From assembly GCA_963781315.1 (NCBI GenBank), contig CAWAFJ010000005.1, forward strand, positions 318-64,317: a stretch of DNA of 64,000 nt. The letters are read 5' to 3'. The notes below the pieces were generated by a model. That model saw nothing but the letters and a program-made list of their open reading frames with translations, ran no database searches and was not told where the DNA came from. The position numbers were made by a program, and so were the translations under genes. Source of the DNA: an uncultured Actinomycetes bacterium (GTDB lineage: Bacteria > Actinomycetota > Thermoleophilia > Gaiellales > Gaiellaceae). Below, in pieces: positions 8,585 to 18,275 of this stretch (position 1 is its first letter; every line of letters starts with the position of its first letter).

Positions 8585-9478
8585 TCAGATGCCGCGCGCG
8601 GCCACTGCGACCCACTTGACGCTGAACGCGCTCCCGTCTTTCGAGAGCGCGCCCGGATTCGCGCCGGCGGGCGAGACGGCATGGCCCTGCTTGTTCGTTT
8701 GCGCGTCGGGGTTCATCGTGGGGACCTTCACGTTCGAAGGCACAAGCCGGATCGGAACGACGTTCCAGCGGGAGCTCGTGAGCGTCTCCGACCGCGCGTT
8801 GCCGACCGCCGAGATCTCTGTCATCCCGACCTCATGGAAGTTCGCGAGCGACGCCTGCGTACAGTCGAACGAGACACAACTGGCGGGCGCCGAGACGATC
8901 CACTCGGCCGATGTTGTGTCCGCCAGTGACGAGCTGAGCTCTCGCGTGAACTCCCAGCCCTGCGTCCTGTTGTGGACGTGGACCTGAGCCACCCCGTGAC
9001 CCTTCTTGAGGATCTTGACGGTGGCAGTGATCGTGTCGCCTGGCGCGACCGTCTTCGGAATCGTGTACGCGGGATACGGGATGACCTCGAACCAGGCCGA
9101 GTAGACCGGCTTGCCTTTCGCGCTGCAGCCCGAGTTGGTGCCGGCCTGCTCGATCTTCGACGACTTGTAGCCGCCGAGACCGACGAAGATCGTCGAACTT
9201 GCCCCGGCGTCCTTCATGGAGCAAGTCGCTGCGGGAACCTTCCACGTCCCATTGACGCTCGTAAAGGTCACCCAGGAGCCGGTTGGGCTGGTCGCGGCGT
9301 ACCCCGACCAGTTCGGGCTGACCGACCGGTCATTGCCAACGTCCGCCCGCGAGGCGTGCGCCTCAGCGGCGCCCAGCCCGAGGCAAGCGGCAGCGAGCGT
9401 GATGGTGCGGGCGGTGCCGGCGAGAACGGTCCTGGTGCGCTGTACGCGCGCACTCCGCGAGTCTCTGCGCCACCGCAT
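8585..9478 (-). CDS. G1-family (eqolisin / peptidase A4-like) secreted protein, paralog 1
   Basis: SPNWSGYA, FVGLGGY..IEQAGT, AWFEVIPYPAY and TSAEWIVSAP align with the SNWGGA, WVGIDG..ILQTG, AWYEWYPE and SAEFIIED motifs of scytalidoglutamic peptidase. N-terminal signal/anchor present. Confidence 0.75.
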   Translation of the reverse strand: MRWRRDSRSARVQRTRTVLAGTARTITLAAACLGLGAAEAHASRADVGNDRSVSPNWSGYAATSPTGSWVTFTSVNGTWKVPAATCSMKDAGASSTIFVGLGGYKSSKIEQAGTNSGCSAKGKPVYSAWFEVIPYPAYTIPKTVAPGDTITATVKILKKGHGVAQVHVHNRTQGWEFTRELSSSLADTTSAEWIVSAPASCVSFDCTQASLANFHEVGMTEISAVGNARSETLTSSRWNVVPIRLVPSNVKVPTMNPDAQTNKQGHAVSPAGANPGALSKDGSAFSVKWVAVAARGI

Positions 9479-9528
9479 CCGACCTCACACTGTAGGCCAA
9501 TTCGCCGGATGCAGACTCAGTCGCGCGA

Positions 9529-10432
9529 TCAGAGGCCGCGAGTTGCCACGGCAACCCATTGCACGTTGAACGCACTGCCGTCTGTCGAAACCGGACCGGG
9601 AGTCGCGCCCGCGGGCGAGGCCGCCTTGCCCTTGCCGGTCGAGCTCGCTTCGGGGTTCAGCGTCGGCACGGTCAGCGTGGACGGCACGAGCTGGACCGGG
9701 ACCACTTTCCAGTCGGGGTTGCTGAGCGTCCCGGTCTGCCCGTTTCCGACCGCCGAGATCCCCGTCATCCCGGCCTGACCGAAGTTCGCAAGCGACGCCT
9801 GCTTGCACACGAACCCTTTGCAGCTCGCGGGCGCAGAGACGATCCACTGGGCCGACGAGGTGTCGGGCTGGGACGAGCTCAGGTTCCGCGTGAACGTCCA
9901 GCCCCGCGTCAGATTCTGAACTTGAACGCGCGCCACTCCGAGCCCTTCGTAGAGGATCTTCACCGAAGCGGTGACCATGTCACCAGGAGCGACCTTCCTC
10001 GGGATCGTATACGCGGGGTACGGGACGATCTCGAACCAGGCCCAGTAGATGGGCTTGCCCTTCGCGCTGCAGGCCGAGTCGGTGCCGGCCTCCTCGGTCC
10101 TGCCCCGTCGAGGCATAGCCGCCGAGACCGACGTGGATCGTCGAAATCGCTCCGGCATCTTTCGAGCCGCATTTCGCGGTCGGCACAGTCCACGTTCCCA
10201 TGACGCTCGTAAACGACACCGTGGAGCCTGCGGGGCTGGTCGCCACGTACCCCGACCAGTTCGGACTCACCGACCAGTCGCTCACGTCGGACTTCGATGC
10301 CTGCGCTGCAGCGGCGCCGAGCACGACGGAGAAGACGGAGAAGACGGCGAAGGTCAAGATGCGTGCCGCGCCTGTCAAAACGGCCCGCGCGCGTGGCGGG
10401 CGGACACACACCGAGTCTCTACGCCCCGGCAT
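9529..10432 (-). CDS. G1-family peptidase-like protein, paralog 2; frame break near 10100; putative catalytic Q and E exchanged
   Basis: Same architecture as paralogs 1 and 3, but TEEAGT replaces TEQxGT and SSAQWIVSAP replaces TSAEWIVSAP. The N-terminal part (SPNWSGYVATS..GLGGYASTGQ) is in a different frame from the rest. Confidence 0.7.
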
Positions 10433-10523
10433 CCGAAGCGAAATTTTACGTGAATGTCCCGTCTGAGCGAGCCGCGGGGTCACATGGCCATCGGCACCCA
10501 CGCCGACGTTGCGAAGCCCCGGC

Positions 10524-11420
10524 TCAGAGACCCCGCGAAGCCACGGCGACCCACTGAATGCTGAATGCGCTGCCGTCGGTCGAAATCGGGCCAGGAGTCG
10601 CTCCCGCGGGCGAGGCGGCCCGGCCTCTTCCGGACGAGGTCGCCTCGGGGTTCAGGGTGGGCACGTTCATCATCGACGGAACGAGCTGGATCGGGACCAC
10701 CTTCCAGTCGGGGTTGGTGAGCGTCCCGGTCTGCGCGTTACCCACTGCCGAGATCCCCGTCATCCCGGCCTGGCCGAAGTTCGCAAGCGACGCCTGATGG
10801 CAGACGAACCCGACGCAAGCCGCAGGCGCCGAAACGATCCACTCGGCGGAGGTGGTGTCCGGCGCCGACCAGTTGATGTTCCTGGTGAACGTCCAGCCGC
10901 GCGTGAGATTCTGAACCTGCATCTGGACCACCCCGAAGGACTCGTTGACGATCTTCACCGTCCCGGTGATCGTGTCGCCGACACCGACCTTGTTCGGAAT
11001 CGTGTAGGCCGGGAACGGAGCGACCTCGAACCAAGCCCAATACGTCGGCTTGCCCTTCTTGTCACAGTTCGAATCGGTGCCGACCTGCTCGGTCTTCTGC
11101 GTCGTGACGTACCCGCCGAGGCCGACCCAGATTGTCGAGAACGCGCCCGCGTCTTTCGATGCGCATTTTGCGGTTGGCACATTCCAAGTCGCCGTGACGC
11201 TCGTGAACGAGATCGTCGCGCCGGCCGGGCTCATGGCCGCGTATCCGGACCAGTTCGGGCTCACCGACCACTCCGCGCTCACATCCGACCTCGAGGCCTG
11301 CGTGACTCCGGCGCTCAGTCCGAGACAGGCGGCGGCCACTGCAGTCAGCCGAGTCGCACCGCCGATGACGCCGACCACGCGCCGTCGGTGCGCGCGCACC
11401 GAGCCCCGGTATCCCCCCAT
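10524..11420 (-). CDS. G1-family peptidase-like secreted protein, paralog 3
   Basis: Start MGGYRGSVRAH at 11420. Contains SPNWSGYAAMS, WVGLGGY..TEQVGT, AWFEVAPFPAY and TSAEWIVSAP, with the C-terminal tail DGSAFSIQWVAVASRGL shared by all three copies. Confidence 0.75.
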   Translation of the reverse strand: MGGYRGSVRAHRRRVVGVIGGATRLTAVAAACLGLSAGVTQASRSDVSAEWSVSPNWSGYAAMSPAGATISFTSVTATWNVPTAKCASKDAGAFSTIWVGLGGYVTTQKTEQVGTDSNCDKKGKPTYWAWFEVAPFPAYTIPNKVGVGDTITGTVKIVNESFGVVQMQVQNLTRGWTFTRNINWSAPDTTSAEWIVSAPAACVGFVCHQASLANFGQAGMTGISAVGNAQTGTLTNPDWKVVPIQLVPSMMNVPTLNPEATSSGRGRAASPAGATPGPISTDGSAFSIQWVAVASRGL

Positions 11421-11510
11421 CCGATTCCACCTTACGGGCAAGTGCGGCTTGTGGCAAGGTGAAGCGCCCGCGAAATCCGGCAACGGCGGTGGGCGGCCTC
11501 CCCCGATCGA

Positions 11511-13545
11511 GTGACCCCCACACGGTCGCCTGCAACCGATACACCCGGTGTGAGGCATTTGAGCTCCAACCGGTGGACCGCTGCGGCGCTCCTCGTCTTG
11601 ACAGCGATCTTTGGACTCCTCGCCGTCGGTTACACAATCGACTTCGGCGACGGCGTGCGGCACGCGCTCAACGTCGGCGTCTTCGACAACGTGATGCTTG
11701 CGGCCGGGCTTCTATGCGTCGCGCGGGGCGTGTGGTCGAAGGGCGAGCGCCTCGCCTGGATCCTGCTCGGCGCGGCGGTGATCGCGTGGGGCGTCGCAGA
11801 CACGGTGTGGGAGTTCACCGTGGCGGACGATCCGAACGCGCCCTTCCCCTTCTATCCCGACATCGGCTTTCTCGCCGTGTATCCCCTCGCCTATGCGGCG
11901 ATCGTGCTGCTCCTGCGCTCGCGCGCGGGCGGGCTCCGCTCGAGCCTGTGGCTCGACGGTGTGATTGGCGGCCTGGCGGTCGCCGCCGTTGGCAGCGCCG
12001 TCATCTTCCAGGCTGTGCTCGACACGCTCGGCGGGCCGCCCTCGGCCGTGGCGACGAATCTCGCCTACCCGCTCGCCGATCTGACATTGATCGCGATCGT
12101 CGTGTGGGCCCTCGGGGTGACGGGGTGGCGGCCCGGCCGCGCGTGGGGCCTGATCGCAGCGGGACTGCTCGTCTTCTCGCTGAGCGACTGCCTCTACCTG
12201 TACGAGACGGCGGTCGGCACCTACTCGGACGGTTCTCCGACCGACCTCGGCTGGGTCGCCGGTGGTCTGCTGCTCGCCTGGGCGGCCTGGCAGCCGCGCG
12301 TCGGACGCCCTCGGATGGCGATCCAGGGTTGGTCGCTGCTCATCGCGCCGGTCGGCTTCGGACTGCTCGGTCTGAGCGTGCTCGTCTACGACCACTACCG
12401 TCCAGTGAACGCCCTCTCACTTGCGCTCGCCTCATTGACGATCCTCGCGGTGATCGCGCGCCTGGGCCTCACGTTCGCCGAGAACATGCGGATGCTCGCC
12501 CACTCGAGCCATGAAGCGCGGACGGACGTCCTCACCGGCCTCGGGAACCGGCGCAAGCTGCTCGACGACCTGGAGCTGGAGCTCGAAAGCGAAACGGCGA
12601 GCGTCGTGCTCGCACTCTTCGACCTCAACGGCTTCAAGCAGTACAACGACTCCTTCGGCCACCCCGCCGGGGACGCACTGCTCGCGCGGCTCGGTGCAAA
12701 GCTCGCCCGCTTCGCGGACGGGCGGGGAGCTGCGTACCGGATGGGCGGGGACGAGTTCTGCATGGTCATTCCGGACGATGCCGGCGGCGAGCGAGCTGGT
12801 TGCGGGCGCCGCAGACCACGCGCTCGCGGAGCACGGCGACGGGTTCGCGATCACCGCTGCCTTCGGGACCGTTCGGGTCCCCGTAGAAGCGGCCACCGCA
12901 GCTGCCGCGCTCGGCGTCGCGGACCAGCGCATGTACGCCCAGAAGGCCGGCGGGCGCAAGTCCGCGGGCGAGCAATCGAGCGGCGTGCTGCTCTCGGTCC
13001 TCTCGGAGCGCCATCCGAAGCTCAGCGCGCACGTCACGAGCGTCGCAGCGCTCGCCGAGGAGCTTGCCCTCAGGCTCGGCCTCGGCGCCGGCGAGGTCGC
13101 TCGTGTTCGCCTCGCCGGGGCGCTCCACGACGTCGGCAAGATGGCAATCCCCGACGAGATTCTCGCCGATCCGGGCCCGCTGAGCGAAGATGAGCAGGCG
13201 TTCCTCCGCCGGCACACCCTGATTGGTGAACGCATCCTCCAGGCGGCACCCGCCCTCGCCCACGTCGCCGCAGTCGTCCGCTCCAGCCACGAGCGCTTCG
13301 ACGGCACCGGCTACCCGGACGGGCTCGCCGGCGAGGCGATCCCGCTCGCCTCACGGATCGTCTGCGTGTGCGACGCGTTCGAGACCCTGACGTCCTCGCC
13401 TCCGTACGCGGGTCGGCGCGGAGCCGCCGCCGCAGTCCACGAGCTCAGGCGATCAGCCGGAACGCATTTCGACCCGGTCGTCGTCGAAGCGCTCGCGGGG
13501 GTCATCGCGGGACGCCGTTCGGCAAAGCTCGCGCTGGTTTCCTGA
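11511..13545 (+). CDS. membrane sensor diguanylate cyclase (GGDEF) fused to an HD-GYP phosphodiesterase domain; frame break near 12780
   Basis: About 9 N-terminal hydrophobic helices, then LTGLGNRR..RMGGDEFCMV. In the next frame come HDVGKMAIPDEIL and HERFDGTGYPDGL. The start codon is uncertain. Confidence 0.8.
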
Positions 13546-13557
13546 CAGAGCCGTAGC

Positions 13558-14937
13558 TCAGATCTCGGCGAGCGGGAAGCTGCGGTGGGCGCGCGGCGGC
13601 ACCAGGAAGTTCTGGCGGTGCGTCGTGGCGAGGACCGCGTTGAAGCCCTGCCCGCGGGAGCCCGGCACAAGCGGGATTCTCGCGCCGGGGAGCACCCCGT
13701 CCATCGCGAGCCGATTCCGGTGGAAGTCGTCGCTCGACGGGTTGAACACCACGAAGTGAATCCCGGCGGCGGGGGTGTCGCCCACCTCGCGCGGCCGTTC
13801 CGACCATGCGAAGGGGTTGTCGAGCGTGTTGAAGTCGGCGCGAATCGGGATCGCCGCACCCTTCTCGTACACCGCGCCGTCAGGGCCGACGACAGCGCTG
13901 CCCAGTCGTGAAGTCGTCTGGATCGCCGCGCTGTGACCGATGTGCCCGGTGGCCGCGAAGTCGTGCCGGACGTCTGACACCGTCGAGACCTGCTTCGGCC
14001 CCTGAGGAACCGTCTGCGCGTTCCGGCGCACCTTGAGGTTCGGCCGAAACGCAGTGTCAACTCGCTCCTGGAAGTTGAAGTTGATGTACCAGGCCTCGAG
14101 GTCCTCGAGCACGTGCGAAAGGTGCATGTGGGTGCCGTGGCGGAAGTAGCCGCTCTTGCGCAGGTCGACGAACCCCAGCGTCTCGAAGTTTGCGATCCTC
14201 CCCGGCCCGAGTCCCGCCTTCTGCGTCGAGGTGAAGCCCAGGAAGAGCTCGGAGGTCTCGGGAATCAGGTCGGCGCCGGGGACCCCGGCAGCCATCGCCA
14301 TCTGCTTCGGCAACGAGCGGCTGCCTTCGAAGCCACCGCCCGCGAAGCCCCGACGCAGGCTCGTCACGCGCAGCACGCCGCTGGCTTTGATCCGCTCGAC
14401 AGCGTCGTCGACGTGCGCACGCACGTCACTGCGGAGCAGGATCGCGACGTCGTTGCTCTCGAGCACCGTCTTCGCCGGGTCGCTCGGGAACCGCCGTGCA
14501 GGCAGCAGCGCCGGCTTCGCTGCGCGGCGGTCCTGCGGGAGGTGGAGCGCCGCGGCGGCAGGAACGAGCCGCTCGAAGTACGGCAACCCCCAGGCTGCCG
14601 TCACACCCAGGCCGGCCGGCGAGGCTGCGTAGTCCCGGTCGAGCGAGGCGAACACCTGCTCGAGCTTCGCCTGGGCATCGCGCAGGCCGAGGTCCCGACC
14701 GCTACCGTCGCCGTGACGATCTCGTGGTGCAGAGGCGGCACGAGCACCTCCACACCCTCGTCGCGGATCGACCCGGATACCGTCGAGGAGATGCTGCTCC
14801 GGCCCCCTCGGCGCCGACGCCTCTGCCCTCGCCGGCGAGGGCCCCGAGAGCCGGTCGACGAGCTCGTAGATCCCCGCCGCGCCGAGTGCGCCTACGGCTG
14901 CCCCCGCGAGCACCTCTTTACGGGTCAGCCTCGACAC
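13558..14937 (-). CDS. Tat-type secreted DyP/EfeB-like peroxidase family protein; compensating frame breaks at about 14690-14760
   Basis: GTG start. N-terminus MSRLTRKEVLAGAAVGALGAAG, then ILLRSDVRAHVDDAV and GIHFVVFNPSSDDFHRNRLAMDG, resembling the EfeB/DyP layout. An internal segment reads IRDEGVEVLVPPLHHEIVTATVAV in an alternative frame. Confidence 0.5.
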   Translation of the reverse strand: MSRLTRKEVLAGAAVGALGAAGIYELVDRLSGPSPARAEASAPRGPEQHLLDGIRVDPRRGCGGARAASAPRDRHGDGSGRDLGLRDAQAKLEQVFASLDRDYAASPAGLGVTAAWGLPYFERLVPAAAALHLPQDRRAAKPALLPARRFPSDPAKTVLESNDVAILLRSDVRAHVDDAVERIKASGVLRVTSLRRGFAGGGFEGSRSLPKQMAMAAGVPGADLIPETSELFLGFTSTQKAGLGPGRIANFETLGFVDLRKSGYFRHGTHMHLSHVLEDLEAWYINFNFQERVDTAFRPNLKVRRNAQTVPQGPKQVSTVSDVRHDFAATGHIGHSAAIQTTSRLGSAVVGPDGAVYEKGAAIPIRADFNTLDNPFAWSERPREVGDTPAAGIHFVVFNPSSDDFHRNRLAMDGVLPGARIPLVPGSRGQGFNAVLATTHRQNFLVPPRAHRSFPLAEI

Positions 14938-15470
14938 TAGATCTCGTGGCTGCTCGTCAGCTCGGCGACGCGCGCCGAACCGACGAGAACAGCGTCGATG
15001 CCGGCGCGTTCGAGAGCGAGCACGTCCGTCCGCGTCGCGACGTCGACGTCCGCGATCGCGAGCTTTCCGGCCGGTACGTCGGGCAGCAGCTCGAGGACGG
15101 TCTCCAGCGGATCCTCCTCGTCGCCCCCGTGCGTCGAAGACAGCATGAAGATCTCCGGGTCGAGGAGCTCGAGTGCGACCTCGAGCTCCTCCTCGTCGCG
15201 CACATCGACGACCGTCTCGAGCGCAGCGTCATCCACCTCGCCGTCGGGCCGAATCGTCTGCGCGTCGGCGTCCACGCTCGGGCCGGTGCCGATCCAGAGG
15301 ACCGGCAGCGACGTCGCGGCCCGGATCCCCTCGATGGCGCAATCAACGGCAACTGCTTTTGCGCCCTGCTCCTCGGCAGCCCGGGCGGCGCCCACGTCGC
15401 TCACGCGCGCGATGATCGCAATCCCGTCGCCTTCCGAGATTCTCTGGCTCAGACGTCGTGAACCGGGCAC
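14937..15470 (-). CDS. short indole-3-glycerol-phosphate-synthase-like TIM-barrel protein
   Basis: 177 aa. GIAIIARV.., AKAVAVD.. and GIDAVLVGSA resemble TrpC segments, but the protein is much shorter than TrpC. Confidence 0.4.
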   Translation of the reverse strand: MPGSRRLSQRISEGDGIAIIARVSDVGAARAAEEQGAKAVAVDCAIEGIRAATSLPVLWIGTGPSVDADAQTIRPDGEVDDAALETVVDVRDEEELEVALELLDPEIFMLSSTHGGDEEDPLETVLELLPDVPAGKLAIADVDVATRTDVLALERAGIDAVLVGSARVAELTSSHEI

Positions 15471-15492
15471 GTGACCGCGGAAGCGTAGTTGT

Positions 15493-16297
15493 TCAAAGGC
15501 CTATGGGGTGCCAGACGGTCTTCATCTCGAGGAACGCCGAGATCTCGTAGAGGCTCTGCGAGTCGGCTGCACCCGCCACAACGCGCTTCACATTCGCCGC
15601 TGCGGCGCGCTCGAGATCGGCGCGCAGGCCGTCCGCGCCGGTCACGTCGATCGCGTTCACGTCCATGTGCGACGCAAGCCACGGCGCAAGCTCGGCCCGA
15701 CGCCCCGTCAGCAGGTTGACCGCGCCTGCCGGGAACATCACTCGTCGCGAGCGCCTCGGCCAGCTCGACTGCCGCGAGTGGGCTGGCCTCCGACACGATT
15801 GCGACGACGGCGTTACCGCCGACGAGGGCGGGTGCGACCCGGGACACGAGGCCGAGCAGCGGCGGAGCCTCCGGGGCGACGATCCCGACCACCCCCGTCG
15901 GCTCCGGGATGGTGAAGTTGAAGTACGGCCCCGCAACCGGGTTCGACGAGCCGAGCACCTGAGCCAGCTTGTCGGCGAAGCCCGCGTACCAGACCCAACG
16001 GTCGATCGCCCTGTGCACTTCGTCCGTGCCGGTCGAGACCTCGGCGAACTCGGCCACCCGCGCCTCCATCATCTCGGCGATCCGGTAGAGCACCTGGCCG
16101 CGGTTGTAGGCCGTCATCCCGCCCCACTTCGGCTGGGCCGCGCGTGCGGCGACTACCGCGTCGCGCACGTCCTTCCGCGAGGCGAGCGCGACGTTCTGGC
16201 CTTGTGCCTCGTAGGTGCGCCCGGACTCCGAGCGGGGGAATGCGCCGCCGATGAAGAGCTTGTACGTCTTCTTGACCGGCAGGCGGGTCATCGACAT
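15493..16297 (-). CDS. aldehyde-dehydrogenase-like protein of about 267 aa lacking the catalytic domain; frame break near 15720
   Basis: MSMTRLPVKKTYKLFIGGAFPRSESGRTYE..AGAVNLLTG..HMDVNAIDVTGAD..NVKRVV..KTVWHPIGL. There is no ELGGK/Cys catalytic segment. The ATG overlaps the stop of the upstream GNAT gene (ATGA). Confidence 0.6.
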
Positions 16298-16800
16298 CAG
16301 GATACGGCCGCAGTCAGGTCGAGCGCCATCAGCACGTCGTCGACGTAGCGGCCGTCGAGGAAGAACTCGTCGCGCTGAATGCCCTCGACGACGAAGCCGG
16401 CCGACTCGTAGAGCGCTCGCGCGGCGTCGTTCGGGCCGAGCACGCGAAGCGTCAGTCGACGGGCGCCGCGAGCCCGTGCCTCCGCGCGCGGCGGCGTCGA
16501 GGAGCTGCCGCCCGACGCCGTGCCGCCGGTGCCCGATCGCGACGGAGAGCCCGTTGACCGTGCGAACGTGGTCGCTCGCGCCGAGCTCGTTCGCCCGGCC
16601 GAGCTTGACGTAGCCGACGACCTCGCCGTCCACGACCGCGACGAGCACGTCCTCCGGGCTGCGTCTTCTCGTCGAAGAACGCTCCACTCGGGGCCGGGCG
16701 ACGGCGCGGGGCTCGTGAGCGACGTCCACGTCGCCCGGTCGATCGCGGCCAGCGCCGCTTCGTCGGACGGCTCGGCCGGCCGGATCACCGGAGTGACCAC
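16297..16800 (-). CDS. GNAT family N-acetyltransferase; two frame breaks
   Basis: The pieces VVTPVIRPAEPSDEAALAAIDRATW, VLVAVVDGEVVGYVKLGR..LSVAIGHRRHGVGRQLLDAA and RRLTLRVLGPNDAARALYESAGFVVEG lie in three frames. Confidence 0.65.
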   Translation of the reverse strand: MVTPVIRPAEPSDEAALAAIDRATWTSLTSPAPSPGPEWSVLRREDAARRTCSSRSWTARSSATSSSAGRTSSARATTFARSTGSPSRSGTGGTASGGSSSTPPRAEARARGARRLTLRVLGPNDAARALYESAGFVVEGIQRDEFFLDGRYVDDVLMALDLTAAVS

Positions 16801-18275
16801 TAGCGCCGTCGAGGTACGGCGCAAGGCCGTGCAGGCCACCCTCGCGGCCGAAGCCGGACTCCTTATAGCCGCCGAACGGGCTCGTCGGATCGAAGCGGTT
16901 GTAGGTGTTCGCCCACACCACCCCGGCCTTCAGCCGCTCGGCCATCCAGAGGATCCGCGAGCCCTTCTCCGTCCAGACGCCCGCGGAGAGCCCGTACGGC
17001 GTGTTGTTCGCCTTCTCGACCGCCTCTTCGGGGGTGCGGAAGGTGAGCACGCTGAGGACCGGCCCGAAGATCTCCTCCTGCGCGATCCGGTAGCTCTGCG
17101 CGACGTTCGTGAAGACCGTCGGCGCGAACCAGTAGCCCTTCTCGGGCAGCCGGCAGGGCGGCTGGTAGATGTCCGCGCCCTCCTCACGCCCTGCGGCGAC
17201 GAGCTCCGTCGATCTTGTCGAGCTGCTCCTGCGAGTTGATCGCGCCGACGTCGGTGTTCTTGTCGAGCGGGTCGCCGACGCGCAGCGTGGCCATCCGGCG
17301 CTTCAGCTTCTCGACCACGATTTCCGCAACCGACTCCTGGACGAACAGGCGAGATCCCGCGCAGCAGACCTCGCCCTGGTTGAAGTAGATGCCGTTGACG
17401 ATCCCTTCGACCGCCTGGTCGAGCGCGGCGTCGTCGAAGACGATGTTCGCGGCCTTGCCGCCGAGCTCGAGCGTGAGGCGCTTGCCGGTGCCCGCCGTCG
17501 CCCGTTGGATGTCCTTGCCGACCTCGGTCGAGCCGGTGAAGGCGATCTTGTCGACGTCCGGGTGCCGGACGAGCGCCGCACCGGCGTCCCCGTAACCGGT
17601 GACGATGTTGACGACGCCGGGCGGCAGTGCGGCTTGGCGCAGCACGTCGCAGAAGAGCAGCGCGGTCAGCGGGGTCGTGTGCGCCGGCTTGAGCACGACG
17701 GTGTTCCCCGCCGCGAGCGCAGGAGCGATCTTCCAGGAGAGCATCAGCAACGGGAAGTTCCAGGGGATGATCTGGCCCGCGACGCCCAGCGGCTTGGCTG
17801 ACCGGTTGGGAAACGCGTACTCGAGCTTGTCCGCCCAGCCCGCGTAGTAGAAGAAATGCGCCGCTGCAAGCGGCAGGTCGACGTCGCGCGACTCCTTGAT
17901 CGGCTTGCCGCCGTTCAGAGACTCGAGGACCGCGAACTCGCGTGACCGCTCCTGGAGTATGCGCGCGATCCGGAAGAGGTATTTCGCTCGTGCGCTGCCG
18001 GGCAGCGCCGACCACGGGCCGAACGCCTCTCTCCCCGCTGCGACCGCGGCCCCGACGTCCTCGGGGCCCGCCCGGGCGACCTGCGCGAGCGGCTCCTCGC
18101 TGCCCGGCGCGATCGTCGTGAAGTGCTCGCCGGAGCGCGGCTCGAGCCACTCACCTCCTATGAAGAGCTCGTAGCGGTCGCGCAGCGAGAGGATCTCGCG
18201 CGACTCTGGCGCGGGTGCATACGTCCACCCGGCGGGCGTGGGCGTCTTGCTGCTCCGACGCGACACTTCAGTCAT
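16800..18275 (-). CDS. NAD-dependent aldehyde dehydrogenase; frame break near 17208 and an unresolved 3' end
   Basis: WTYAPAPESREIL..FIGGEW..IIPWNFPLLM..FTGSTEVGK..LELGGKAANIVF..EVCCAGSR, then in another frame EEIFGPVLSVLTF..GGYKESGFGREGG. Confidence 0.85.
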
